Shown piece after piece: positions 25,517 through 46,635 of a DNA stretch of 64,000 bases (position 1 is its first letter; every line of letters starts with the position of its first letter). A program made the translations under genes and the position numbers. The notes beneath the pieces are model-generated. The model searched no databases, had not been told where the DNA came from, and worked only from the letters and a program-made list of their open reading frames with translations. Source of the DNA: Antedon mediterranea (taxonomy: Eukaryota > Animalia > Echinodermata); contig NC_092670.1 in the NCBI RefSeq assembly GCF_964355755.1, positions 37,932,388-37,996,387 of the forward strand, written 5' to 3'.

Positions 25517-28500
25517 TTAAGTCCACACTGCCACAATGTAACTAATCGCGTTAGTGAATGTATTGATGTCATCTTCAGAATCACCGTCCAAGATGGAAAG
25601 TAAGTAGCATCTTTTAGCATTAAACATTACTGATACACACGCACTTTTCAACATGCATTGAGTCGAACAAGTAATCGCAGAATGTGTGTACATGACCTGT
25701 AGCACGTTGTGGTGATCAGACGTGCGAGATTCTGTGAACCTCAAAAGGCCCCGTCGAAATCGATTATCTGTGGGGAAAATATTTCAATGGTATTAAAACA
25801 AATTGTGTAGTACATTTCCCAATAAAAGTAAGCCTAGTTCAACACAAGTGTAACCAAACCCCCAAATATCCACCTATACCTTGTGTGGTTGTTTGTTCTG
25901 TTGTGGTTGGTTCCATGGTTGTCTGTAGCTCTGTAGTCGTAGGTATGGTTGTTGTCGTTAGTTCCATGGTTGTCTGCTGCTTCGTAGTCATTGGTGTGGT
26001 TGTTTGTTCTGTTGTGGTTGGTTCCATGGTTGTCTGTAGCTCTATAGTCGTAGGTATGGTTGTTGTCGTTAGTTCCATGGTTGTCTGCTGCTTCGTAGTC
26101 ATTGGTGTAGTTGTTGGTTCTGCTGTGGTTGGTTCCATGGTTGTCTGTAGCTCTGTCGTCGTAGGTATGGTTGTTGTTAGTTCTGTGGTTGTCTGCTGCT
26201 TCGTTGTCATTGGTATAGTTGTTTGTTCCGCTGTGGTTGGTTCGATAGTTGTCTGTAGCTCTGTAGCCGTTTGTATGGTTGTCGTTAGTTCCATGGTTGT
26301 CTGCTGCTTCGTAGTAATTGGTGCAGTTGTTTGTTCCGCTGTGGTTGATTCCATTGTTGTCTGTAGTTCTGTAGTCATTGGTGTAGTTGTTGGTTCTGCT
26401 GTGGTTGGTTCCATGGTTGTCTGTAGCTCTGTCGTCGTAGGTATGGTTGTTGTCGTTAGTTCCATGGTTGTATACTCCTCCGTAGTCATTGGTGCAGTTG
26501 TTTGTTCTGTTGTGGTTGGTTCCATGGTTGTATGTAGCTCTGTAGTCGTAGGTATGGTTGTTGTCGTTAGTTCCATGGTTGTCTGCTGCTTCGTAGTCAT
26601 TGGTGTAGTTGTTTGTTCCGCTGTGGTTGGTTCCATGGTTGTCTGTAGCTCTGTAGTCGTAGGTATGGTTTTTGTCGTTAGTTCCATGGTTGTCTGCTGC
26701 TTCGTAGTCATTGGTGTAGTTGTTGGTTCCGCTGTGGTTGGTTCCATGGTTGTCTGTAGCTCTGTAGTCTTTGGTATAGTTGTTTGTTCCGCTGTGGTTG
26801 GTTCCATCGCTGAAAAGCAGAAAACATTTTTAAATTTTCAGATTTCCACTTGGGAAGAGTTAAATCTTCACTGGTTCCACTAAACGTTGGAAAAATGACT
26901 TTCTCATTAGTTATGTGATGTACAGTAATGTAAATGAGAACATGCAATTTGTTGATTGGTTTGTAAATCACTGTCTTTCCAGTTGTTTAAAACCAATTCG
27001 AACGTCACACGTCAGAGGCCATGCTGCGAGCGCGTACAATAATGACGTCAGCCTTGTAGAGTCACTGACGGACCTTTGAACGCCTAAAGAAAATATATAA
27101 CTTTCTTGTTTACCTGAGCAACCGAGGAGTTCAAATCTTAAACTTGGCCAACCAGACCACCCGAGCACTCGAATACGGATTAATCTTGCGGTTACAGCTT
27201 CATCCAACATATTGGTCACATGGGAATTTTTATTGAAATTTCCTGTAAACTATAATACGTTTATACAATTATTTTACGCAATTCTTTGTAAAAGTATATA
27301 AAATATAAGGTGAAACTGAAAAAATCGTTTAAAAAATTGATTTAACCCGCAGAAAGTGAAGCCGCAAACTTCGCCCAGGTCGTCTTTAGCTCTGTCTACA
27401 CTACCAAACATTATGTGACAAAAACATGGGATGCACCCATATATGGTGGACATGATGATGTCATCACTACCATATTTGGCCATATCCCACTTTTTTTGTC
27501 AAACTAGTTTGATAGTGTAGACAGAGCTTTATGCCAATTTTTTAAAGCGTAACGGGAGGTCAAATGACAGTCAAGAATATAAATAGTTGCTAGACATCAA
27601 TAAAAATTCGGGTTTGCAAGGAGGTATTATTTTAATACTTTAGTTAAAACTTGTTCGTTCATTTTTATGAGGCCTTTATGGATTTTTCAAATAATCGTTT
27701 GTTTTTAGTAGTATTGAATGATTATGGTCGTTTTATACATACGTCATTGTCAATTGCTTTTTTGAAGTTGTTCCCGTCGTCACCGTATAGAACTTCGTAG
27801 AGCGTTACCCATTCTGAAAGGTAGTTGCTCCCCTGAGTGATGACCCCAGTGACTGTATGAACGCTACCTAAGTCAGCTTGAATCCACTGGCCTACTGCGG
27901 CAGCATTGGGACCCCAGGCTCCGTTTCCATTTACACCCCTCAAGGAATTCAGATGTCCATAATGAGGGTAATACATCGTATTGTATATACTTGATGCTGA
28001 AAATTGTTCGGGTGGAATTCTTCCATCCTCTATACCAAGTGGCTCATTGCAAGACTCTACAGTAAAATATCATTTTGTGTTTGAATGCATTAGAGGACAA
28101 CGATGTAGCCTACAGTAGCATTGTATAAAATACAATTCCATTCCTTATATGGACAACGCCAAACTTCCTTTATAACTACGCTTGACATTGTATCTAAAGT
28201 ATGGATACGATTATCATAAATATTTTACATTCAACGATTGCTTTTTTTAAATTAAAAAATAGCTAAAATCAGAAAAATAGTACAGTCTGTTGGTATTTAT
28301 CGCGGCCAGACATCAAACGACTGTTACGAGTTCCTATCAAGGCGAGCTCAGTGTCCTGTTGTTAGATTGCCTTAATTTAAATCGTACAATTTGTTTTCGA
28401 ATATTAAGTATTTCTTCTATACGGTTTGATTCAATTTTTAGTTATGCCTTTCTTATCACACATTCTTGGTGTTACGACGACAACTTTCAAGTGTCCAGGT

Positions 28501-28641
28501 ATGTTACTTAATAATATGCCTAGTTTACTACTAAACCCAGAAGTATCATTAACATGAAATTATTTAAAAAAAATTCTCACCTGTAGCTTCAACTCTTAAA
28601 AACATGAGAACGATTACCAACAAAGTAGGCCTAATCATCAT
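25517..28641 (-). CDS. Secreted discoidin (F5/8 type C) - Thr-rich mucin - PAN/apple protein (~563 aa, 5 exons)
   Basis: Exon 28641-28581 encodes the signal peptide MMIRPTLLVIVLMFLRVEA. Exons 28056-27743 and 27249-27114 encode F5/8C (CNEPLGIEDGRI..FSASS..GAWGP..QWIQADLG..VTGVITQG..FTGN..ARLIRIR..SLRFELLGC). Exon 26809-25880 is the mucin repeat. Exon 25767-25517 has RFRR followed by CSTQCMLKSACVSVMFN..CYL (PAN). All introns are GT-AG and the 1692 nt are in frame. Confidence 0.88.
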
Positions 28642-29468
28642 TTTTTAAATTTACACTATTAGAAATAACAACGCTACAACTCAGAGCATCTCTAGATCAT
28701 AGTGTGAAACATGATCTTACGACGAATGAATTGTGAACAATGCCGCATTCATTAAAAAAACGGTAATTGTTCAATCAATATTTACGTGTTGTGACCTCTT
28801 GTTTATGTTATATCATATAGCGGTCATTAGCGAAGTTTTATACAAAAGTGTCATTACGGTATTTATAATTGTCGGCACTTAGAAAACAAGGAACGACAAT
28901 ATTTAGGCTTGTGACTTATTCAATTAAAGGTCAACCAATGTTTTATAAGTCATCAAAGTTTTATTGTAATTACGTCATTATTATTAATTAATAATAATTG
29001 GCACTTGGAAGATTTAGGCATACATTCAGCAAAACTAATAGTAACAATTGATTTCATCCGAGAGCAAAATTCGTAAACTTAGCTTTGATCATCCTAGGCC
29101 AAGTTGTTTGGGATGACAAACCATCACATTTCGCATCTAACAATAAGTGATGCGTGACGGGAGGTCAAATTACTGTCCAGGTGCTACATAAATATATTTT
29201 CTCTCCCTATATCATACAGGCCTAATTTATATAGCTAATGTACTCAGTCTCTCGGAAACCTGACATTTGTTTTATAAACATAAAAATACATTTTATCAAA
29301 CACATTTTATTTCCAATTATCTAAAGGCATTCAGATAATCCGGAAGCTTTGAGTTTATTTTTATAGTGTACGGTAATATTGCGTCTTGGGGCTTGATTCT
29401 GACGTTCCCAATGAATCTTTACGCACATACGCGAGCAACTAAGCCCCAAATATGGTCATAACTTGTTA

Positions 29469-37549
<8,081 letters not shown>

Positions 37550-38109
37550 TTAGTTCAGTATTTTGTTATTAAATAAACAAAATATATGATATAACCATTG
37601 AGCTATAATTTTTAAAGCTACATGATATTATAACATTATAACAATCAATATCTATATAGTAATCCTAATGACACCGTTCGTTACTTATGATGTATCGAGA
37701 CCTGATTGTCAATACCGTGCCTGATTGGTCAGAAGTTGCGCAGTCCATGATGTCTACACCAATCAAACTTTATGTGACAAAAAATGTGATGTGCCCATAA
37801 TATGGACATGATGATGTCATACCACTACCATATTTGGACATATCACTGCCATATTTGGGCACATCACACTTTTTTTGCCAAATAGTTTGATAGTGCAGCC
37901 AGAGATGGCCACGCATGGCACATATTTTTAAAGTTGTTTTGTGACGTGTATATACCGTATAATCGATTGTTATTAGTTTTTGGGGGGAGTTTATATTTGG
38001 TGCTATACATTAATAGACGGATTAAACGAAAACTTACCTTTTTTACGTTTGATCTCGATTTTATGAGATAGGTAGGGTGACCTATATTTAGTGCTATACA
38101 TTTAATATA

Positions 38110-38440
38110 CTAGATGGTAGGCTCGCTTTGCTCGCGTACCATCTAGGTCGTGTCCACAGATGGCTCTCGAATACACATTTAGTAATTTCAGCGTAAAAAA
38201 AACTGGCGATTTCAAATGTACGTACCGCAGGACTATAAATACATTGTCGTTTTCAGAAACGAATAAATAGACACGATGATTAATGTAGTCAACTAAAATT
38301 AGCACATTGGGAATTAGGCCTACTTCCGAAGGAGAAACTTGTCTTAAAATGAGTCCAAAAAACTAAAACTGTCCCTGTTATAGTCGATTGAAATAGTAAA
38401 GTACATGTAACGATACACCACTACGACGTTTATATTTTTT
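38110..38440 (-). mobile_element. Helitron family H, 3' portion (minus strand); more of this copy at ~41980-42340 and 43966-44052
   Basis: Terminal CTAG and hairpin ctagatggtaggctcgctttgctcgcgtaccatctag; colinear with 61297-62733. Confidence 0.75.
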
Positions 38441-39524
38441 ATCTATATATCAATTTACGTAAGGGCAAAATTCGGTAAATCGCGCGTTATTTATAGAATG
38501 TTTACTCGATGGTATATAAAGTTGGTTCGTACTTTCGGTACTGATTTTAACCACCTGATGTAACCCTGTTTACTAATTAAATTTAGTTCGATAATTAGTT
38601 ATTGACGATTAAAACGAATTTAGGTTCAACGGTTTGCCCCAAATAGGGGTGTTTTTCGATCGTAGTATACACTGTCTAATGGATGTCCATCTTGAAAATT
38701 ACCCGCAGACGATAATACGAGGATGCTTCGCATTTTCCTATCTCCTCTTACGATAATTGTTTTTAATGGCTGAAAACCGGTTGAACAGCTCGAGTACAGC
38801 ATCATAATGTTGAAGACAGGCCGATTTTCTTTAAAAAATACTATTTTGATAGATTTAATATACGTTTATACAAATGTATTGATTTGCGATGAATGGAACA
38901 TTCCAATCTCTGTTCCACAAGTGTCTATTCCCTCAGGTGTCGTAAAGGCAAGTCCTGTATACTCATAACATTCATTCATTCCATTTTTTTTTTCAATCTG
39001 TGCTGCAGAGGTTGGATATAAATTTTTTTTAAACGGATAATGAGCTAGCGTTTTCACTCGCCATATATTATGTACAAATCGTTATTATTGCAGTTAAACC
39101 ACCCACATCATCACCCTTCCCTCACTGGCATGAGTAGCGTTGTAAAACCAGTAGAGGATAGGCCTAAGGTACATCACATGGCCTAAACGCAGAACAACGT
39201 TGGTGGGTAGGGTAGGAACCCCGGTAGGAACCAACTTAAGTATGAATTGGCTCTAAGAAACAATTGAAAACCATTAGGCCTACTAATTAAGTTGAGTTGG
39301 ATAATTTAATATTTATTGACGATTAAATCGAATTTATGATTTTCCCCGAATAGAGGTGGTTTTCACAAATTGTTTTACATTATATAAACATACACGTCGT
39401 AGTGATGTATCGTTACATGTACTGTACTATTTCAATCCACTAGGACGGTGATAGTTTCAACAAAGTATTACATCGCAATGTTTTACTGTGTTTAGTGGTA
39501 TATTATTTGTAAAACATGAAAACA

Positions 39525-39805
39525 ATAATAATAATAATAATAACTGGTACTTGATATAGCGCATTATGCTGAAAACCTCAATGCGCTTTACAAAGACAGA
39601 AAAATTTAGAAAATTACAAATTAAAAAGGTGGGTTTTGAGGAGAGATTTGAAGACACTGGTGGAAGTAGCCTGACGGATTTCAATAGGCAACGCATTCCA
39701 TAGAGAAACGAATGCCGAAGAAAATGAACGATTTCCATAAAACTTAGTGGAAGGATGAAATATATGGGCAAGAAGAGACTCAGATCTAGATCTCAGAGAC
39801 CGCTT
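39525..39805 (-). mobile_element. 5'-truncated L2/CR1-type LINE 3' end
   Basis: Encodes RSLRS...YGNRSFS...LWNALP..IR...FKSLLKTHLF, followed by the aagcgcattgag..aatgcgctat stem-loop and a (TTA)n tail. Confidence 0.85.
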
Positions 39806-40054
39806 AGGAACATAAGGTTGAATAAGTTCAATTAATATTTCGTTACTAAATGGATAAAGAATATATTTAAAAATTGTTCCTCTTTGCACCCATCTTCTTC
39901 CCCATCCCTCAACCCGAATGTTACATACAAAACACAAATTAAGTTTGTTTAAATTTGACTTAAACAATTGGTCTCATTTTGTGACAAGTTTCTTTTTCGG
40001 AAGTAATTCCCAGGGTGCTAATTTTAGTTGAGTACATAAATCACAGTGTCTATT

Positions 40055-41647
40055 TATTAGTTATCCGCTTAGTAGCGGATAACTCCTTGTAATCGTCCTG
40101 TTTCATCATATTTTTTTTTTTTTTCTGTATTATACTTATTTCCTTCCGTCATTTTTGTGCGTCGCGTTTCTCTAAAACGTGTAAACAGAACATATCGTAA
40201 CTTTGTCAACATATCGACATTTACGTGAACTTGTGCACCTCCTATTTTTGAATGACGTCAGAGTTGCGCAACGTGAATTACGCGCGATTTTATGAATTTC
40301 AATGATTGATTATAGACTAAAAACCAAACATAATTTTGTTTTGACACTTTGTGAAAATTTAAGTCACATCAAGCGCAAACTTTCTATGGATTAAAAATAG
40401 CACCATTCACAAAAAGTTACGCGCGCACGCGCGTTTAAAATTTTAGAGTTCGAAAAATCAACGTCTTATCAACTTTCTATGCGTTTCATGTCATTTTGAG
40501 CATGTCAAAAATTCCCACGCGCGCGAAACTTTTTACGCACGCGGTGCACACGTAGCGTTAAAAACATATTTTTTTCGCGTGATTTATGTTTTTTCAGCCT
40601 TTTATAGTAATGTTACCAACTTTTAAACAATTTCGACTTAAAATTACGTCATACGAGCACGTCGAATTAAATAATTTGCACGCGTTTCTGGTGAAAAAGT
40701 TCAAAAAATCGTCACAATTATACCTATTTTTAAACAGTCATAGATTCTAAACTACATGGAGAACTTTTTTTTAATTACATATTCTGGAAGTTGATGAGTT
40801 GTAGATATCGAATCATGCATTAATATGGCTAACCGGACATTGTGACGTCATCGTATGGCCACGCAAATATAAAATATAGGATTTTTGTCTCTTTCGTCAT
40901 AGCTCATCACATTTAATAGAGCGCATCTCCACTTATTCGTTGTTCATTTTCACCCCGATTTTAATATCTTTTAGGTCTATCAACTATGTTTTGCATGAAT
41001 TAAAAATTTTTTAATTTTTTTAACGTCATCATGCCTAAAAATTTAAATTACGTTGGTCACTAATTTCATCTTTACAGTAAATTTTAATCTGTTATAGCTC
41101 GTAAGAATAAAATGTGATAATCACGATTAAAACGTTTTCAGGAAGCTATTGTATTGTAGATACAAAATCATGTGAAAATTGTGCCAATCGAATGTGGTGA
41201 CGTCATCATATGGCCAGTTAAATACAAAAGTCATATTTTCATCTTTTGCGTTATATTTCATTACATTTAAAAGAGCGCGCATCAATATTTCACGTATTCA
41301 AATTTCTTCTACACGTTAATATGTTGTTGCTGAGATAATTTCCTTCTGAAATTTCTACTTTTGCATTTCATTTTGAAACCGTCAAGATGTTAAAAATTAC
41401 AATAAAATACGGGTCCCGTAATTTCACCTATTTTACACTGTTTGTGATATGTATACAGATTGTACTGTGTATACTATGTATATGACACAAAATAACAGAA
41501 TTCAGAAATAACAACATATCATATTCTTCAGTTCAGGTCATAATGCCTTAATATTTTTCTGTGTGCAATATTCTAACGTATGACGTGCACGTGGCGTTTG
41601 TCGAGCGGATAACTAACTCGTCAAAGTGACGAGTTTCATGTCTAGTT
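40055..41647 (+). mobile_element. Helentron-associated non-autonomous element (HINE/DINE-1-like)
   Basis: 5' sub-TIR hairpin agttatccgct-tagt-agcggataact; 3' sub-TIR gcggataact, then stem-loop aactcgtca-aag-tgacgagtt and ctagtt. Inserted at a TT in the host Helitron with no TSD. Confidence 0.7.
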
Positions 41648-42341
41648 CGTTCCTGTAAACGACATGTATTATTGTCCTGCGGTACGTACATTTGAAATCG
41701 CCAGTTTTTTAACGCTGAAATTATTATGTATTCGAGAACCATCTGTGGGCACGACCATCTAGTAATTACTAATTAATACAATAAACAGTAACCACATTCA
41801 CACAGTAAGAAAATTTCGATTCAAATGGCGACCAAAAATGGTTATTACGTACAGTATTTACAATAATATTGTCAAAGTATTGCAATGCTATTATCTCAGT
41901 TTTAAGTTTATTCTCAAAGGGCCCATAAATTTACCTACTTGTGAGGGCTCATAAATTTACCTACAAACTGGGAGTCTGAGAGATTGGAATGTTCCATTCA
42001 TCACAAATCAATGCATTTGTATAAACGTATATTAAATCTATCAAAATAGTATTTTTTAAAGAAAATCGGCCTGTCTTCAACATTATGATACTGTACTCGA
42101 GCTGATCAACCGGTTTTCAGCTATTAAAAACAATTATCGTAGGAGGAGATAGGAAAATGTGAAGCATCCTCGTATTATTGTGTGCAGGTATTTTTTAAGA
42201 GGACATCCATTAGACAGTGTATACTACGGTCGGAAAACACCCCTATTTGGGGCAAATCGTTCAACCTAAATTCGTTTTAATTGTCAATAACTAATTATCT
42301 AACTCAATTTAATTAGTAAACAGGGTTACATCTGGTGGTTT

Positions 42342-43965
42342 CAGTGGCGTAACAGGCGGGGGGCAGGGGGGCGGAATACCCCCCTGGCGGATTTTACCGG
42401 GTTGAGAAGCGTTCGATCGGGCTGGGTAACAAGTCAAAAAAATAAAATAAAATACAAAGAAGGGATAGAAGAAAGAAAATATAAGATAAGAATAAAATAT
42501 ACGATATGATATGGCTTCAAATGAGTCACAGTACAGTATGATATTCAAGTAAGATGATATGAAATACACAAAATCCTGACTGACAACTCGTGGGAAGACG
42601 CACTGCTTATCAGTACATTAACATGCGGTCAGTTGACTGTGGTTTTTGGCGTCTTTTATCTAAGCCGCCATCGCGGGCATCTCATACACAATTGTGACGC
42701 TGTGCTGTGCGTGTGAGGCCACCTTAAAAAAATACACTCCTACTAATCGTATGTAACGCGCTAGCGATCAGCAAAACGAACGTACTTTCGTGGCTGGCTG
42801 TCGCTCCAATACTCAATCTTTCACAGGCCCGTAACCAGGGGGGATCGGGGGGATCGTACCCCCGCTGAACAGCGAGTTCCGCTTGTCCTCCCACTTTTTT
42901 TTTGCTGGGCATACTAACACAACACTACGATTGTTTACTACAGGCCTAGTCAAGCCTTAATAAATTTAATTAATATAAATCGACATAAGAATATAAAGTA
43001 TATTTTAACTAATATAAAAACCTAACACTAAATTTACAAGATAAATTCTATTTGATAACTGCTGAACATCGTGGTTCTGGAGCTAGCCGTACACAGAGCA
43101 TAGTTGTTTGCTTGACATAAAAGGGTATTCCCCTACACAGGTATCTGCGTGCGTGTGACGTGCCCAGCCAGCTGCTTGATATATTAGAGAGAAAGCATGC
43201 AGCTCACGCAAGTGCAAGATGCAATGGTTGAGTGAATTCAGGGATCATCTTAATTCCATGGTTTGTTACCTAAACACCACATGATGGTGAATATGCCTGT
43301 TAAAGTCTCAATGATACGATCCCTTAATGTACCATGTTGTTGCTAGGAGGCTTAAAGGGAGCAGGGATCTAGCCTAGTTTCGGTCGGCAAGAGAATGCCG
43401 TCCTCTGACAATTTAAGGTCGGCAATAAGGTCGGCAATTGAAATTCGTGGGCTGGAAATTACACCAAATTATATAGTTCATAAACAAAAGAGATTAGCCG
43501 GAAATGCGATTTGCGGCCATACATAGGCCTATAGAGAAAAAAAAAATTCGAGGGTATTTAACGATCCACCCCGCCGTCAAACCTGGTTACGGCCCTGTTT
43601 CAGTCTTCTAACCGGAAAAATTACTACCTTTGCCAGGTGCGGATCCAATGTTAGATTGGGTTTTCACATGTTCAAAATGTTATGTCACCTGTGTTTTTAA
43701 CGGTGGAAAATGTACGATCATTTTGCTGATTGCTGTGCAATAAATGGGAGTGTTATTTCCAGGCCAACTACTACTAGTTGGAGGCGCCATTTATCATGAA
43801 TTTTATGTGCAAGAGTACCATTTCCGACGATCTAGGGGTGTCATTTACCAAAATTCGCTTCGCCACAGCCCCCACCATGGGGGGCTGTGGCTCAAATACT
43901 TGGTGTCTGGAAGGATCAGCCCCTCTTTGCCCCCCCCCTGACAAGACCCCCTTGTTACGCGGCTG
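42342..43965. mobile_element. Non-autonomous hAT element, 8-bp TSD
   Basis: GGTGGTTT|cagtggcgtaac...gttacgcggctg|GGTGGTTT; it interrupts the minus-strand Helitron copy. Confidence 0.85.
42824..43597. mobile_element. Non-autonomous element with CAGG TIR and 5-bp TSD (hAT5-like), nested in 42342-43965
   Basis: TTTCA|caggcccgtaaccagg...cctggttacggccctg|TTTCA. Confidence 0.75.
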
Positions 43966-44077
43966 GGTGGTTTAAATCAGTACCGAGATTCTAACCAACT
44001 TTATATACCATCGAGTAAACATTCTAGAAATAACGCGCGATTTACCGAATTTTAATTAACATGAGCTTTGTAAACAC

Positions 44078-44107
44078 CTTGACCTTAGATCGTTGGTTTG
44101 TCATCAT
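44078..44107 (-). CDS. TTC38: Candidate first coding exon of TTC38 (MMTNQRSKVK)
   Basis: ATG..aag|GTGTTT gives a phase-0 donor that matches the phase-0 acceptor at 37531. An upstream acceptor ttcag lies at ~44141. The resulting ~467 aa is a typical TTC38 length. Not confirmed. Confidence 0.4.
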
Positions 44108-44277
44108 TTCATTTGTCTTTTTGTAAAAGAAATTTTGTACCTGAATAACCCATAGATTATATTTTTAGCTCTAAAGTTTTATATAAATAACTTTAACTGA
44201 ATCAATTGTAAATTTGGCATGGAACCACCCATTAGGATCTTATTATTTTTATCTTCGCCAAGAGTCTTTGTCAAACT

Positions 44278-46635
44278 CAGGCCCGTAGCCAGGGGGGTTT
44301 TTATGGTTCGGGCGAACCCCCCTTTACAGCGACCCCCCTCCCCCCCCCCCTTAACCGACTGCGAACCCCTATCCCCGACATCCACAATACCTCACCACAC
44401 CCTCATCTCTGAAAATCCTCCAAATACGTGCCCCACAATACAAAAGGTTGTTTGTAAATTGAAAAATTTGTAAACTCGTTCGTGAATAAATCATACCTTA
44501 TTGTTAAACAAATGAATTGGTTGCCGATTTTCACCTGAAAAATAATACGAATTTTTGGTCCCAGGATGTAACATGATATTGACGCGAGCTTGGCCACGAA
44601 CGAATCGTACAAAGAACACCGCTAGACAACCGCGTACCTATTGTTTCGATCACTGGCAGTCAGCATGCATAAAGTATATAGCCTTCCGACGTACATCAAA
44701 AAATGGAACGCTGCGGTTACCTACAATATTTATGTGTGGCTATGAAGTATAGTGTATCATCATCATAGAGGATTATAGTGAATTTAATATATTACACTAT
44801 AATATCTATGGTATCATGTACTGTAGTTTACATTAGGCCTATGGTATTCGATTATTTTTGTCTAGACCACCAGCCGATACGTAGGCCTACTCAACTGTAT
44901 CAATACCACCTATTTACATTGATATATTTAGTTTCCTCAACAAATTGCTGTAAATAAATATAGATAGAGCTATCAGGGGCGGTCGCAGGACTATTTTAAG
45001 AAGAGGGTTGCCCAAAGACTCCAGGGCTGTAGACACTGAGTATTTGAGCAAGCAAATTGTTAAATGACACCCCTAGATGGCCGCAAATAGTACTCTCGCA
45101 CGTAAATTTATAATTTTTTTTTCGTTCAATGCAAACGTCGCGGGGAAGTCTCCGATTAAGGTACTTTTGGTACGGTAATACATTCTAATAACTGTACTCA
45201 ATTAATGTAAATTAATTATCAATTAATAATTTTAAAAAGTTGTACAAAAAATATGAAGCAGTTGCTATAAATATATTGAGCAAAAGGTTAAATTGTATAA
45301 TTTGGAATTTTAATTCAATTAAAAATGCTAAATAAAGTCAGATGTTAGAACCACATTTTCCAAAAATTCATTTTCATTTATCCACTATAAACTTTACAAA
45401 AGTGTTGTTTTAAACCACACTCCAAATAAAACAAAGAAAATAATGATAGGAAATTTGCAGAAAGAAGCAAACTTTGCTCTGTTACCGGTATAACACGGTT
45501 CAAATTTTGGAACGTCTATAAATTACTACGGAAATTCGGCCTATTTACGACGAACGTACGGAAATGAAGATAAATAGGGTACTACACGCATCGGAAATAC
45601 AACACTATACGCACAATTATGATTTGGCCTAAAAATTGGCCTTAGATTATGGAAAACCCCCGGCAAAACGCAGTAATTATGGACAAATCGATTATTAGCC
45701 TTGGCAATATGCCTAATATTTAAAAGGAATGAATATAGGCTATATTTCGTTTGTCGATGAATTTTTTAAATCATGTGTGAATGATTGATCCATTAGAGGT
45801 AATCTGTGATATGGTTCTAGTAACACTGCTATGCGTGTGTAATTTGTGAATAACGTAGTAGTATTCTACATACACGAGCCTAGATAGGGAGGATCTGTAC
45901 TGTCGTTCATTGCGAGAGGAGGGGGAAGTCCGGTAATGTGTCATGAAAAATGTAACAAGCCAGAGATGAAATAAAATTACTAACATTTAGCTGATTGTCG
46001 TTGTTTTATTCGTCGTCAGAAGTTTATCGACCGACATCTATTTCTCATGTGTAGTAGAACGTTTCTTTGATTGAATAATTTTTTTTGTATTATAACACAA
46101 GTTCATTTTGGATTTTCAGTAAATTGCCAATTGTTTATTCAAAGTCAAACTGTAACTAATCCCTCACTATTCAATCAAAATGTTATTATACTACTATATT
46201 GTTGAAAAATGGATTGCGTGACTTGAAAATAGATTGATAGTAAAATGTAATAAAGACACGTTCTTGTCTGGTTATTAGGTATGCATGCTCTGATAAAGCA
46301 GAGGATTATTTTTGTAGCGTTCCATTTAAAATAGATTTTATTACAAAGAAATATTTTGGTTGTGAAGGTCGTTTTAACAATTAGGCTAATATCAAAACAT
46401 TCAACAATGATAAAATGGCCTGCAACTCTGTAACTACTTTGACTAAGCCTATCAAGTTCCGTGTCCGGATGGTATACGATGAAATGGAACTCAATTTCAA
46501 TTTAGTGGCAGAAACAACATTTAGTATGAAATTAAGGCTGTTGCCCGGGCCACAAGGGAAACACAGTGACAGTGGGACAGTGACCCAAATACTTAGTGTC
46601 CGAACCCCCCTTGACAGATCCTGGCTACGGCCCTG
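44278..46635. mobile_element. Non-autonomous element with CAGG TIR and 5-bp TSD (hAT5-like), 2.36 kb
   Basis: AAACT|caggcccgtagccagg...cctggctacggccctg|AAACT; no transposase ORF is visible. Confidence 0.8.

Larger units (their letters stand above)
38442..41762 (+). mobile_element. Helitron family H, plus-strand copy with a nested L2 fragment and a nested Helentron
   Basis: Starts a|TCtatatatcaatttacgtaaggg and ends ccatCTAG|t. It is the reverse complement of 61297-62733 apart from the insertions. Confidence 0.8.

Noticed and set aside
25885-26883. 332-aa Val/Cys/Gly-rich plus-strand ORF (likewise 52142-53404)
   Set aside because: It is the antisense shadow of the Thr-rich mucin repeat. The splice sites and flanking domains are on the minus strand.
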